Assembly: GCA_963732385.1 (NCBI GenBank)
Contig: CAVSZB010000007.1
Coordinates: 1,344,001 to 1,408,000 of the forward strand
Reading direction: 5' to 3'
DNA: 64,000 nt
DNA from: an uncultured bacterium
GTDB lineage: Bacteria > Krumholzibacteriota > Krumholzibacteriia > LZORAL124-64-63
This document shows positions 21,679 through 31,753 of the stretch, piece after piece (the stretch's first letter is position 1; every line of letters begins with the position of its first letter). The position numbers were made by a program, and so were the translations under genes. Under the pieces are notes generated by a model. It did no database searches and was not told where the DNA came from. It was given only the letters and a program-made list of their open reading frames with translations.

Positions 21679-22900
21679 AGCGCAGCGCCTCCACCGGGTC
21701 GAGGCTGGCCGCCTTCCAGGCCGGGTAGGTGCCGAAGAACAGCCCGATCAGCAATGTCACGCCGACGCCCAGGCCGATCGCCCAGGCGGCGAACGCGAAC
21801 GGCAGGGGCGACAGCAGGGTGACCAGGCCGGCCAGGCCGAAGCCGAGCGAGATGCCCAATATGCCCCCCACCAGCGAAAGCGTCATCGCCTCCACCAGGA
21901 ACTGCCACAGCACGGCGCCCCGCGTGGCGCCCAGCGCCTTGCGCACGCCGATCTCGCGGGTCCGCTCGGTGACCGCGATCAGCATGATGTTCATGAGCAC
22001 GATGCCGCCGATGACCAGGCTGATGCCGACCAGCGGCGTGAGAGCCCCGTAGATCGCCTTCGAGATGCCGGCCCACAGGCTGAGCAGCTGGTCGGGCGTC
22101 TGCACGGCGAAATCGTCCTCTTCGAGCGGGCGCAGCCGGTGGCGCATCCGCATGAGAAAGCGCGCCTCGTCGCGCACGTCTTCGATCGTGCGCACGTCGC
22201 CGGCGGCCACCTTGATGTCCACCGACTCGCGCGCACCGAACACCTTCTCGTAGGTCGTGATGGGGATCACCGCGAACTGGTTGCGGTTGTTGCCGAGCAC
22301 GGTGCCCCGGTCCTCCGCCACCCCCACGACCTCGAAGTGGCGTGCCCCGATCTTGATCGTGCGTCCGGTGGGGTCGACGATGCCGGGGAACAGGTCGCGC
22401 GCCACATCCCAGCCGATGACCGCCACCGGGCGGCTCGCCGCCACGTCCTGCCGCGCGATGTGGCGGCCGAGCGCCAGCGGGATGTCCTCGAGCAGCGGGT
22501 AATCCTCGGTCTTGCCGCGCACCTGCGCGCGGCGGAACGACCGTGAGCCGGCGCGCAGATTGGCCTGCGTTTCGAGAGCGGCGCCTATCGCGCGCGCCCC
22601 CTCCATCTTGTCCTGAAGCCAGTCGCGGTCGGCCACGGTCAGCTCCGGGTTGTTCAGCGAGCGCAGGAACGCGTCAAAGTCGGTCAGGAACTGCAGACCG
22701 TTGACGCGGGTGATCGTGAAGACGTCGGTGCCCTCGTCGAGCACCTTCTGGCGGGCGTAGGTGTCGATGCCGTTGATCAGCGATACGACCGCGATCACCG
22801 ACATCGTGCCGACGATGTTGCCGAGCAGCGTCAGGAACGTTCGCAACTTGTTCGTGCGGAGGCTCAGCAGGGCGATGCGCGCCCCCTCGAGCAGGTTCAT
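21671..22900 (-). CDS. MacB/FtsX-family ABC transporter permease
   Basis: NKLRTFLTLLG, MNIMLIAVTERTREIGVRKALGA, YPAWKAASLDPVEALRYE. Confidence 0.93.
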   Translation of the reverse strand: MNLLEGARIALLSLRTNKLRTFLTLLGNIVGTMSVIAVVSLINGIDTYARQKVLDEGTDVFTITRVNGLQFLTDFDAFLRSLNNPELTVADRDWLQDKMEGARAIGAALETQANLRAGSRSFRRAQVRGKTEDYPLLEDIPLALGRHIARQDVAASRPVAVIGWDVARDLFPGIVDPTGRTIKIGARHFEVVGVAEDRGTVLGNNRNQFAVIPITTYEKVFGARESVDIKVAAGDVRTIEDVRDEARFLMRMRHRLRPLEEDDFAVQTPDQLLSLWAGISKAIYGALTPLVGISLVIGGIVLMNIMLIAVTERTREIGVRKALGATRGAVLWQFLVEAMTLSLVGGILGISLGFGLAGLVTLLSPLPFAFAAWAIGLGVGVTLLIGLFFGTYPAWKAASLDPVEALRYE

Positions 22901-22945
22901 GCCGCCGCCCCCCCAGCCGTACGCGGGTTCATCGTGGTCACGCCG

Positions 22946-24283
22946 TCAGTCCCCGCTGCGGCTGTCGTCGCGCCCGCCGCTGCCCGAACCCCTGCCCTTG
23001 GCCTTGACCTTGACCGCCTTGACCTTGTCGCCGTGCTGGAGGTCGCGCAGCCTGCGGAACGGTCCGGTGACGAGCGTTTCGCCCCCCGAGAGGCCCTCGA
23101 TAACCTCGAAGGCGTCGTCGCCCGCGATGCCGAGCTTGACCGGCCGGAAGCTGGCCAAGCCGTTCTCGACCACGAACACCCCCTCCTTCTCCTTCTCCTT
23201 CTCCTTGCCCTTGCCCTTGCCCTTGCCGGCCTTCGCGGAGCTGTCAGCCGCTGCGGGCGCGGGGGGGGTCTTCGCACCGCGACGGCCGCTGCGCGCGAGC
23301 TTGGGGTCGGGCGGCCACTTGCGCGCCGTCACCGCGCCCATCGGCGCGGCGACGACCTGCTTGCGCTCCGCGGTGGTGATCTCGGCTTTCGCCGTCAGAC
23401 CGGGCCGCACGTCCGGCACGCGGTTGTCGAGTGCGATCTTGACCTCGAAGTCGACGGCCTGCTGGCCGGTGCCGGACCCGGTCAGAATGGGACTGTTGCC
23501 GATCTCGGAGACATGGCCCACGAACGAGGTGTCGGGAAAGGCGTCGATCTCGATCTTCGCCAGCTGCCCCACCGCCACTTTCACCACTTCGGTCTCGTCG
23601 ACCTGCACGCGCGCCTCGAGCAGGCCGAGGTCGGAAATGACCGCGAGCACGGTGCCCGGATTGTTGATCGTGCCCATGATCGCGCTCTCCCCCTCCTTCA
23701 CGTTGAGCCGGGTGACCAGCCCGGCCATCGGCGCGGTAATCGTGCAGCGGCTCAGGTTGTGGCGCGCCTGTTCGAGACCGGCCACCTGCTGGTGCAGGCG
23801 GCTGCGCGACGCCTCGACCGTGGCGCGCTGCACCCGATCGGCCGTTTCGGCGATGGTCAACTGTTCCTGCGACTGCAGGCCCTCCTGGAACAAGGCGCGC
23901 ATCCGCTCCAGATCGAGCGTCGCCTTGTCGACCTGCGCCTCGGACAGTCGCAGGTCGGCCTGCGACGTCCGCACGGCCGCTTCGTAGCTGCGGACCGTGG
24001 AGGCATACTCCGTGGGATCGATCTCCAGCATGAACTGCCCCGGCGTGACCGTGTCCCCCTCCGCCACATCCAGCCGCGTGATCTTGCCGAGCACCGTGGC
24101 GCTGATGTTCACCGCCTCTTTGGCGTCGATCGTTCCCGAGGCCGTGACGACGGCGGTCAGGTCCTGACGCCCAACCTTCGCCATTTCAACCGGTGTGCCA
24201 CGCTCGCGCGTACGACCGAGATTCACCCCAACGAGGGCGATCAGCAGGACCGCGCCCCCTCCGATGAGCCAACCCTTCTTCAC
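22946..24283 (-). CDS. MacA/HlyD-like periplasmic adaptor (membrane fusion protein)
   Basis: N-terminal TM, V.EGD.V..GQ lipoyl half, coiled coil, ITAPMAG, VDETE, RPGLTA. Confidence 0.92.
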   Translation of the reverse strand: MKKGWLIGGGAVLLIALVGVNLGRTRERGTPVEMAKVGRQDLTAVVTASGTIDAKEAVNISATVLGKITRLDVAEGDTVTPGQFMLEIDPTEYASTVRSYEAAVRTSQADLRLSEAQVDKATLDLERMRALFQEGLQSQEQLTIAETADRVQRATVEASRSRLHQQVAGLEQARHNLSRCTITAPMAGLVTRLNVKEGESAIMGTINNPGTVLAVISDLGLLEARVQVDETEVVKVAVGQLAKIEIDAFPDTSFVGHVSEIGNSPILTGSGTGQQAVDFEVKIALDNRVPDVRPGLTAKAEITTAERKQVVAAPMGAVTARKWPPDPKLARSGRRGAKTPPAPAAADSSAKAGKGKGKGKEKEKEKEGVFVVENGLASFRPVKLGIAGDDAFEVIEGLSGGETLVTGPFRRLRDLQHGDKVKAVKVKAKGRGSGSGGRDDSRSGD

Positions 24284-24325
24284 TGAGACCTCCCCGCCGC
24301 GACCGGCTGGCGCCGGCCGCCGCGC

Positions 24326-25081
24326 CTAGAGAAACAACCGGCCGATACCGATCATGATCAAACTCATGAGCAGCCACGGCAGGACGGTGACCACGACGGC
24401 CTTGCCGCGAGCAAACCCGTGGATCTTCTCGAAACCGATGACCATGACCGCCACGGCCCAGATCGAGAACAGATCGAAAATGCTCAGGAGCTGATATCCG
24501 AGCGAGAGCGGATCCCCCGGTGCGAACGCGCCAAGACCGGTGCTGACCTCCATCACAGAATGCCTGGCGATGATCAGCGGCAGCTTCACGAGTGAGCCGA
24601 GGCCGTAGGAGATCAGGGCGGCCCAGAAAACGACGCCCATCACCTGTTTGAAGGTTCCGGTGCCGCCGGCCAGCTTGCCGAAGAGCAGGAAGACGAGACC
24701 CGATATGAACACCGCGATCCAGCCACCCGCGGCGGCCGAGATGGCGGTGGCGACACGCTTGGCCGGGCTCGGGTTGAGGGCCTGTTCCTCGGCCACCTGG
24801 ATCTGCTCCGGGGTCATCATGCGGCCGAGCTTCGTCTCCTTCATAATGTCGATCTGTTCCGGACCGGAGATGGTCGTGGTCAGGGCGGAGAAGAGCGCCA
24901 TCACAGCCATGATCAACAGCCCGGCGACCAGCCAGCGGGGATTGGCCTTCGCGGCCTCCATCGCCCGCCCGGGGGCCGTGAAGACCGCGATCAGACGCGC
25001 AAACAGTCCTGGCTCCGGACCCGTGGGCGAGGCAGGCTCGGGCGACGAAGGCATCGCCGGTTTCCAGGTCTCGTCCTGCAT
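24326..25081 (-). CDS. Yip1-family membrane protein (YknW-like)
   Basis: VFTAPG.AM...KANPRW, GG.GTFKQV, DLFSIW; multi-TM; first gene of the MFP-permease cluster. Confidence 0.8.
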   Translation of the reverse strand: MQDETWKPAMPSSPEPASPTGPEPGLFARLIAVFTAPGRAMEAAKANPRWLVAGLLIMAVMALFSALTTTISGPEQIDIMKETKLGRMMTPEQIQVAEEQALNPSPAKRVATAISAAAGGWIAVFISGLVFLLFGKLAGGTGTFKQVMGVVFWAALISYGLGSLVKLPLIIARHSVMEVSTGLGAFAPGDPLSLGYQLLSIFDLFSIWAVAVMVIGFEKIHGFARGKAVVVTVLPWLLMSLIMIGIGRLFL

Positions 25082-25194
25082 CGTACTCTCCTCCTGCTGG
25101 GGTACGGTCCGGCTCCGCGCGGGCGTCCATACGGAACACCGACCCGGCGGGTTGCGGCAAGGGTGCCGGGCCCTCTACCCGGCACGGTCGCACT

Positions 25195-26241
25195 CTATTC
25201 CAGACGCAGCGCCGCCAGCCGCGCGCGCAGCGCCCTCCCCGTCGATGCCAGAGGCGAATCGGGAGCGCCCGCGGGGCCGAGCCGCGGATCCGGGCTCCCG
25301 CCGGCACAGGCCGCCAGAAATTCGCGCGCGAAGGCGCCGCTCTCGATCTCGTCGAGCAGGTGCGACATCGCGGCCCGGCTTTCGGGGCCGATCACGCGCG
25401 GACCGCGCGTGGCGCCGCCGTAGGCCGCGGTGCGGCTGACCAGCCTCTGCAGGCCGTCGACACCGTGCCGGTGCAGCAGATCCGCGATCAGCTTCACCTC
25501 GTGCACGCATTCGAAGTAGGCGCCCTGTGCACTGTAGCCGCGGGCGGTCAGCGTCTCGAAAGCGGCCCGCACCAGCTCGATCAGGCCGCCGCAGAGAACC
25601 GCCTGTTCGCCGAACTGGTCGGTCACACACTCCTCGCGGAAGGTCGTGGCATAGCCGCCGCCGCGCAGGAACCCGGCCGCCTTCGCGTAGGCAGCGGCCA
25701 GTTCCCAGGTGCCGACGGGCGATCCGTCGGTCACGGCCAGCAGCCCCGGCAGGCCGCCTCCCGCGCGGTATGCCTCGCGCAGCATGTCCCCCTGCCCCTT
25801 GGGCGCCGCCAGGAAACAGGGGCGCCCCGGCTCCGGCGCGATCTGCCCGAAGGCGACGGCGAACCCGTGCGCGAAGCCGAGCGCCGCGCCGGGGCGCAGG
25901 GCCGGCCCGACCACGTCGCGATAGAGCAGGCCCTGCAGTTCGTCCGGCAGGAGCAGCATGACCACGTCACCGGCCATCGCGGCCGCCGACAGGGGCGCCG
26001 GCAGGAAACCGTCGGCAGCGGCGTAAGCGGCGCCCGCACCTCCGGCACGGGCCCCCACGACAACCTCCACGCCACTGTCGCGCAGGTTCAGCGCCTGGGC
26101 GCGCCCCTGATTTCCGTAGCCTATCACCGTCACGCACGCGCCGTTGAGCGGCGCCATCGACACCTCGTCCGGCTCGAAAACAGGGCGCGGCGGAGGAAAG
26201 GGGGCGAGGGGCATCCGGCTGACCTCCTGAAACCGGGGCAC
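25195..26241 (-). CDS. ilvC: Ketol-acid reductoisomerase (short form); start uncertain
   Basis: VIGYGNQGRAQALNLRDSG, LLPDE, FAHGF, APKG, TDQFGEQAVLCGG, AYFECVHEVKLI, S.TA.YG. Confidence 0.9.
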   Translation of the reverse strand: MPRFQEVSRMPLAPFPPPRPVFEPDEVSMAPLNGACVTVIGYGNQGRAQALNLRDSGVEVVVGARAGGAGAAYAAADGFLPAPLSAAAMAGDVVMLLLPDELQGLLYRDVVGPALRPGAALGFAHGFAVAFGQIAPEPGRPCFLAAPKGQGDMLREAYRAGGGLPGLLAVTDGSPVGTWELAAAYAKAAGFLRGGGYATTFREECVTDQFGEQAVLCGGLIELVRAAFETLTARGYSAQGAYFECVHEVKLIADLLHRHGVDGLQRLVSRTAAYGGATRGPRVIGPESRAAMSHLLDEIESGAFAREFLAACAGGSPDPRLGPAGAPDSPLASTGRALRARLAALRLE

Positions 26242-26266
26242 GCAAGTCTACGCGGGGCGCGCGATC

Positions 26267-26295
26267 TTGACAAGGCAAGGCTGCTCCTCTAGATT
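26267..26295 (+). promoter_or_regulatory. Sigma70-type promoter for the tRNA-tilS-ftsH unit
   Basis: TTGACA (26267-26272), 17 bp, TAGATT (26290-26295), about 60 bp upstream of the tRNA. Confidence 0.75.
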
Positions 26296-26353
26296 GAGCG
26301 GCCACGCTCGGTTAGCGCGGCCCCTGCCACGCGCCGGGCAGTTCCGACCGGGT

Positions 26354-26430
26354 GCCGGCATAGCTCAGCTGGTTAGAGCAGCGGAATCATAATCCGCGTG
26401 TCCGGGGTTCAAATCCCTGTGCCGGCACCA
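26354..26430 (+). tRNA. tRNA with CAT anticodon, probably elongator tRNA-Met
   Basis: Cloverleaf: acceptor GCCGGCA/TGCCGGC, D arm, anticodon stem GCGGA/TCCGC with loop ATCATAA, TTCAAAT T loop, encoded CCA. Paired 1:72 and no GGG/CCC run argue against fMet. Confidence 0.95.
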
Positions 26431-26490
26431 GCTTCTCCTTCGGTCCGGTCACCGGCGCCGCCGGCCGGCCGGCCGGCCCCGGAGACGCCT

Positions 26491-27891
26491 TTGCCTGAGC
26501 ACCCGTTCATCCGCCGTCTCCTGCCCCACCTCGACACTCTCGTTCGCCAGGCCGCGTCTGCCACCAACCCTGCGGCAACCGGACTGTTGGTCGCCCTGTC
26601 GGGCGGACCCGATTCCGTGGCGCTGCTGCTCCTCGCGCACGCCCGATCCACGGCGACCGGCGCGCCGCTGGCGGCGGCCCACCTCAACCACCGCCTGCGC
26701 GGAGACCAGTCCGAGGCGGACGAGGCGTTCTGCCGCGATCTGTGCGCCCGGCTCGCCGTGCCGCTGCATGTGGCGCGCATCGACCCGCGCGCTCTGGCCC
26801 GCCGGCGCGGCCTCGGGCTGGAGGAGGCGGGCCGCCGCCTGCGCCGTCGGCTGCTGGCCCGACTGCTCTCCGCCCAGCCGGACGACCTGGCCTGCGCCGC
26901 CACCGGCCACCACCGGGATGATCAGGCCGAAACCGTCATCATGCGCCTGTTCCGCGGCGCCGGGCTGGACGGGATGCGCGGCATCCGTCCGGTCGCCGGC
27001 CGCATCATCCATCCCCTGCTCGCCACCGACCGACGCGAAATTCTCGCCTTCCTCACGGACTGCGGCCAACTGTGGCGCGAGGACGCCACCAACGCCACCG
27101 GCGACGCGGTCCGGTCGCGCCTGCGCCGCGAGCTGCTGCCGCTGGTGCGCGACATCTTCGGCGCCGGCGCCGCCCGCGGCCCGGTGCGGCTGGCCGGCCT
27201 GCTCGACGCTGACGCCGGCCTGCTCGACCGGCAGGCCCGCGCCGCCCTCGCCGTCGCCACCGCACCCGGCGACGAGCCGGCGCTCACGGTGGCCGCGCTC
27301 CTCGCCCTGGAGACGCCGATCGCCCGCCGGGTCCTGCGGCTCCATCTGGCCGAGCACCATGGCCGGCGCCGGGACTTTGGCCAGGTGCACGCGGACGGCC
27401 TGCTGGCGTGGCTGGCCGGCGCGGTGTCGGGGCACGGGATCGACCTGCCGGGAGGCTGGCGCGCCAAACTGGATTTCGATCGCCTCCGCTTCCACCCCCC
27501 CGCCCCGGCCCACCTGCCGGAGAACGGGATTTTTCATATCTTGACGCTTGCCCCCGCTGAGACGCCGCCCCCTGCCGGCCCCGGCGAGGGACTCTGGACG
27601 CTGGACCTGCCGCCGGACACCCTGCGGGGAGCGCCGCATGTGCGCCCCTGGAGGCCCGGCGACCGACTGCGTCTCCCGGGGCTGGGAGGGCGCAGGAAGG
27701 TGAGCGACCTGCTGCGCGAACGGCGCGTGCCGGTGGGTCGGCGGGGCAATGTGCTGGTCGTTGAAGATGATGGCGGTCTTCTTTGGGTGGTCGGGCTGGC
27801 GTGTGACAGTCGCTGCGTCAGGTTGCCGGGAACGCAACCGGCCCTTACACTCGTCGTTCGTGCGCCCCGGCCCCGCGGGGACCGCCACTGA
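26491..27891 (+). CDS. tilS: tRNA(Ile)-lysidine synthetase
   Basis: VALSGGPDS PP-loop, HLNHRLRG, TGHHRDDQAET...RG.G, EDATN, TilS-C domain; TTG start after GGAGA. Confidence 0.93.
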   Translation: MPEHPFIRRLLPHLDTLVRQAASATNPAATGLLVALSGGPDSVALLLLAHARSTATGAPLAAAHLNHRLRGDQSEADEAFCRDLCARLAVPLHVARIDPRALARRRGLGLEEAGRRLRRRLLARLLSAQPDDLACAATGHHRDDQAETVIMRLFRGAGLDGMRGIRPVAGRIIHPLLATDRREILAFLTDCGQLWREDATNATGDAVRSRLRRELLPLVRDIFGAGAARGPVRLAGLLDADAGLLDRQARAALAVATAPGDEPALTVAALLALETPIARRVLRLHLAEHHGRRRDFGQVHADGLLAWLAGAVSGHGIDLPGGWRAKLDFDRLRFHPPAPAHLPENGIFHILTLAPAETPPPAGPGEGLWTLDLPPDTLRGAPHVRPWRPGDRLRLPGLGGRRKVSDLLRERRVPVGRRGNVLVVEDDGGLLWVVGLACDSRCVRLPGTQPALTLVVRAPRPRGDRH

Positions 27892-27918
27892 TCCGGTCAG
27901 GAAAGGACGAACCGCGCG

Positions 27919-29981
27919 ATGTCGATGAATCCCAATCCCCGGAACCAGACGCCCCAGGGCGACGGCCGCCCCCCCTGCCCCGCCCCGGCCGCCGAGGCCT
28001 CATCCCCAACCGCACGGCCGGATTCTGGATCCTGCTCCTTTTGCTCTTCTTCGTCGCCGTCAGGATGATGTACACCGACAAGCGCGTGGTCTACGAAGTG
28101 AGCTGGTCGGCGTTCCAGGAACAGGTGGAGGCCGGCAACATCGCCACCCTCACGAAGACGAACCTGCTCGTGGAGGGGGATTTCAAGAAGAGCACGCCGA
28201 TCACGCTCGACAACGGCTCCGTGCAGGGGGTCCAGAGTTTCAAGCTGATCCTGCTGACCGAAGACCCGCGCTTCCCCGACTGGGTACGGGAGAAGAACCC
28301 GCAGGCCAAGCTCAAGGGCGCCCAGCCGAAAATCAACTGGCTCTCCACGGTGCTGACATATTACCTGCCGTTCCTGCTCATCCTCGTGCTGTGGATCTTC
28401 TTCATCCGACAGATGCAGGGCGGCGGGAACAAGGCGTTCAGCTTCGGCAAGAGCCGGGCGAAACTCGTCAATATGGACAAGCCGACGATCACGTTCGAAG
28501 ACGTGGCCGGCTGTGATGAGGCCAAGGTCGAGCTGCAGGAGATCATCGAATTCCTGCGCTCGCCCAAGAAATTCCAGCGCCTCGGTGGACGCATCCCCAA
28601 AGGCGCGCTGCTGGTCGGCGCGCCCGGCACCGGCAAGACCCTGCTCGCTCGCGCCGTGGCCGGCGAGGCGGCCGTGCCGTTCTTCAGCATGTCCGGCTCG
28701 GATTTCGTGGAGATGTTCGTCGGCGTGGGCGCCTCGCGCGTGCGCGACCTGTTCGAGCAGGGCAAAAAGAACGCCCCCTGCATCATATTCATCGACGAAA
28801 TCGACGCCGTGGGGCGGCACCGCGGCGCCGGCCTCGGCGGCGGCCATGACGAACGGGAGCAGACGCTCAACCAGCTGCTGGTCGAAATGGACGGCTTCGA
28901 ATCGACCGAAGGCGTCATCCTCGTCGCCGCCACGAACCGCCCCGACGTGCTTGATCCCGCGCTGCTGCGCCCCGGCCGTTTCGACCGCCAGATCGTCGTG
29001 GACATGCCCGACCTGACCGGTCGCGAGGCGATCCTCAAGGTGCACATGCGCAAGATCACGGCCGACCCCGGCATCGCCCTGCGGGATCTGGCGGCCGGCA
29101 CGCCCGGCATGTCGGGCGCCGATCTCGAAAACATGGTGAACGAAGCGGCGCTGCTGGCCGCGCGCAAGAACCGCGAAGCCGTCACGACCGCCGATTTCGA
29201 GGACGCCAAAGAGAAGGTCATGCTCGGACCGGAGCGCCGCAGCCGCATTTTCACCGAGAAGCAGAAGCGCGAAACCGCCTTCCACGAGGCGGGCCATGCC
29301 GTGGTCGCCTACCAGTGCGAGCATGCCGACCCCGTGCACAAGGTGACGATCATCCCGCGGGGACAGGCGCTCGGCGTCACGTGGCGGCTCCCCGACGAGG
29401 ACGAGTACACCTGGGTCGAGCAGAAGTACCTCGACACGATCTGCGTCGCCATCGGCGGACGCGCCGCCGAGGAGATCTTCCTCGGCCGTTTCGGTTCCGG
29501 AGCCTATGACGACATCCGGCGCCTCACCCAGATGGCGCGCGCGATGGTCGCCAACCTCGGCATGAGCCGCAAACTCGGACCGATCTCCTTCGACGACGGC
29601 GCGGAGCAGGTCTTCCTCGGCCGCGATTTCGCGCGTCGCCGCACGATGAGCGAGCGCACGCTCGAAACCATCGACGAGGAAGTGGCGACGATCGTCCATA
29701 AGCAGCTCGATCGGGCACGGGCGATCCTGCACGAGTTCCACGACAAGGTCGAAGTCATGGCCGACGCACTGCTCGAGCGCGAATCGCTCAGCCGGGCCGA
29801 CATCAAGCTGATCATGACCGGCGAATCGCTGCCGCCGCCGCCGGTTCCGGACGCGACTCCCGCGCCGGCCGTCGTCGGGGACGCTGCCGCCCCCGACGAC
29901 GACCCGGACGCAAAGCCGCAGGACGGGACCGCCGACGCGCCGCCCGCCCCGCCGACGGATCCGGACGGGCCGACCTCTTGA
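27919..29981 (+). CDS. ftsH: ATP-dependent zinc metalloprotease FtsH; apparent frameshift at C7 (27969-27975)
   Basis: [19 protein letters not shown] ([10 protein letters not shown]), HEAGH; SD+ATG at 27919/27925 is out of frame with TM1 unless one C is added. Confidence 0.95.
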
Positions 29982-30877
29982 GCGCCCCGCCGGCCGGCCC
30001 GGCGCCTCCCCCCTTCACCGCCCCGACGTGGCGGCTGGGCGAACGGTGTCTTACGCCGCCCGGCCGCCCCCTCGTGATGGGCGTGGTCAACCTCACCCCC
30101 GACAGCTTTTTCCCCGCCTCGCGCCGCAGCGATCCCGGACCGGCGGTGGAGGCGGCCCTGCGCCTGGCCGACGAGGGAGCCGATCTGCTCGACCTCGGCG
30201 CGGTCTCCTCCCGTCCCGGCGCCGCGCCGGTGTCGGAGGCGCAGGAGCAGGCGCGTCTGCTGCCGACGCTGCGCGCCCTGCGCCTGCGCACGGAACTGCC
30301 GCTCACGATCGATACCACGAGCGCCGCCACCGCCCGCCTTGCGCTCGACGCCGGCGCCGACGGCATCAATGACATCACGGCCGGCCTGGGCGATCCCGGG
30401 CTGCTGCCGCTCGCGGCCCGGCGCGGCTGCGGTCTGGTCCTGATGCACATGCAGGGCGACCCGCGCACCATGCAAAACGACCCTCGCTACGGCGACCCGG
30501 CGGTCGAGGTGCGCGACTTCCTGGCGGACCGGGTCGCGGCCGCCCGCGCGGCGGGCGTCGATGGCGACCGGATCGCCGTGGACCCCGGCCTCGGCTTCGG
30601 CAAACGCCTGGCGGACAACCTGGCGCTGCTGGCGACGTTGCGGGATCTCGGGGGCGGACAGCCACTGCTGCTGGGCGCCTCGCGCAAGAGTTTCATCGCC
30701 GACCTGACCGGGGCGCCGGTGGAGGCGCGGCTGCCGGGCAGCCTGGCCGCCCTCGCCGCCGCCTTCGCCGGAGGCGCCGCCGTGGTGCGCATGCACGACG
30801 TGGCGGCCTCGCGGCAGTTCCTGACCGTCCTCGCCGCCATCGCGGCCGCGGGGCGATCCGCCACGTTCACTGGTTGA
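29978..30877 (+). CDS. folP: Dihydropteroate synthase
   Basis: MGVVNLTPDSF, S.RPG, TIDT, INDI, LMHM, DPGLGFGK, GASRKSF, RMHDV. Confidence 0.95.
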   Translation: MSAPPAGPAPPPFTAPTWRLGERCLTPPGRPLVMGVVNLTPDSFFPASRRSDPGPAVEAALRLADEGADLLDLGAVSSRPGAAPVSEAQEQARLLPTLRALRLRTELPLTIDTTSAATARLALDAGADGINDITAGLGDPGLLPLAARRGCGLVLMHMQGDPRTMQNDPRYGDPAVEVRDFLADRVAAARAAGVDGDRIAVDPGLGFGKRLADNLALLATLRDLGGGQPLLLGASRKSFIADLTGAPVEARLPGSLAALAAAFAGGAAVVRMHDVAASRQFLTVLAAIAAAGRSATFTG

Positions 30878-30946
30878 GCCGGCCCGGGCCGGCTGTTAAA
30901 CTGCCGCGGGGACCGTATGGGGCGGCCGCCGCGTGGGAGTGCGGAC

Positions 30947-31753
30947 ATGTGGCATTCCATCACCGGTTCGATCATCATCGACGTCCTCGACGTCCTGCTG
31001 GTGGCCTACCTGATGTACCGTTTGCTGTTGCTGGTCCAGGGCACCCGCGCGATCCAGATGTTCGCCGGTCTCGGCATCCTGCTTCTGCTCTCGTTCGCCT
31101 CGAGCGTCTTCGGCATGATCATGATCAATCGGATCATCGACACCCTGCAGACAGTGTGGGTGATCGCATTCATCATCCTGTTCCAGCCCGAGCTGCGCAC
31201 GGCGCTCACCCATCTCGGACGCAAGCGCGGCCTGAAAATCTTCGGCGGCGAGGAGGAGATCCCGGCTGAGCATGAGATCCTCACCGCGGTGGAGCGGCTG
31301 TCGCGACGGGGCCTGGGGGCGTTGATCGTCATCGAGCGCGACATCAACCTCGGACGCTGGATCCGCACCGGCACCCAGCTCAACGCCGACATCTCGGCCG
31401 CGACGCTGGAGTCCATCTTCACCGTGCCGGGACCACTGCACGACGGCGCCGTCATCATCAGCCAGGCGAAAATCACCGCCGCCGCCTGCATCCTGCCCAA
31501 CACCGAGCGCGAGGAACTGGGCTACGTGCTCGGCACGCGCCACCGCGCCGCGATCGGCTTGACCGAGGTTTCCGACGCGCTGGTAATCGTCGTCTCCGAA
31601 GAGACCCGCGCCGTGTCACTGGCGCACGATGGCGAGATCCGCCGCGGCCTGTCGATCGAGGACCTCACGACGGAACTCAATCGCGTCCTGCTCAAGTCCG
31701 GCTCCGGCCGGCGCCCGCGCAAGCGCCCCGCCCTGAAGACGACCCCGGCCTGA
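30947..31753 (+). CDS. cdaA: Diadenylate cyclase CdaA/DacA
   Basis: 3 TM, ILFQPELR, PLHDGA, GTRHRAA, VVSEET. Confidence 0.93.
   Translation: MWHSITGSIIIDVLDVLLVAYLMYRLLLLVQGTRAIQMFAGLGILLLLSFASSVFGMIMINRIIDTLQTVWVIAFIILFQPELRTALTHLGRKRGLKIFGGEEEIPAEHEILTAVERLSRRGLGALIVIERDINLGRWIRTGTQLNADISAATLESIFTVPGPLHDGAVIISQAKITAAACILPNTEREELGYVLGTRHRAAIGLTEVSDALVIVVSEETRAVSLAHDGEIRRGLSIEDLTTELNRVLLKSGSGRRPRKRPALKTTPA

Noticed and set aside
26398..26490. tilS start at GTG 26398
   Set aside because: It lies inside the tRNA; TTG 26491 with an SD is more plausible.
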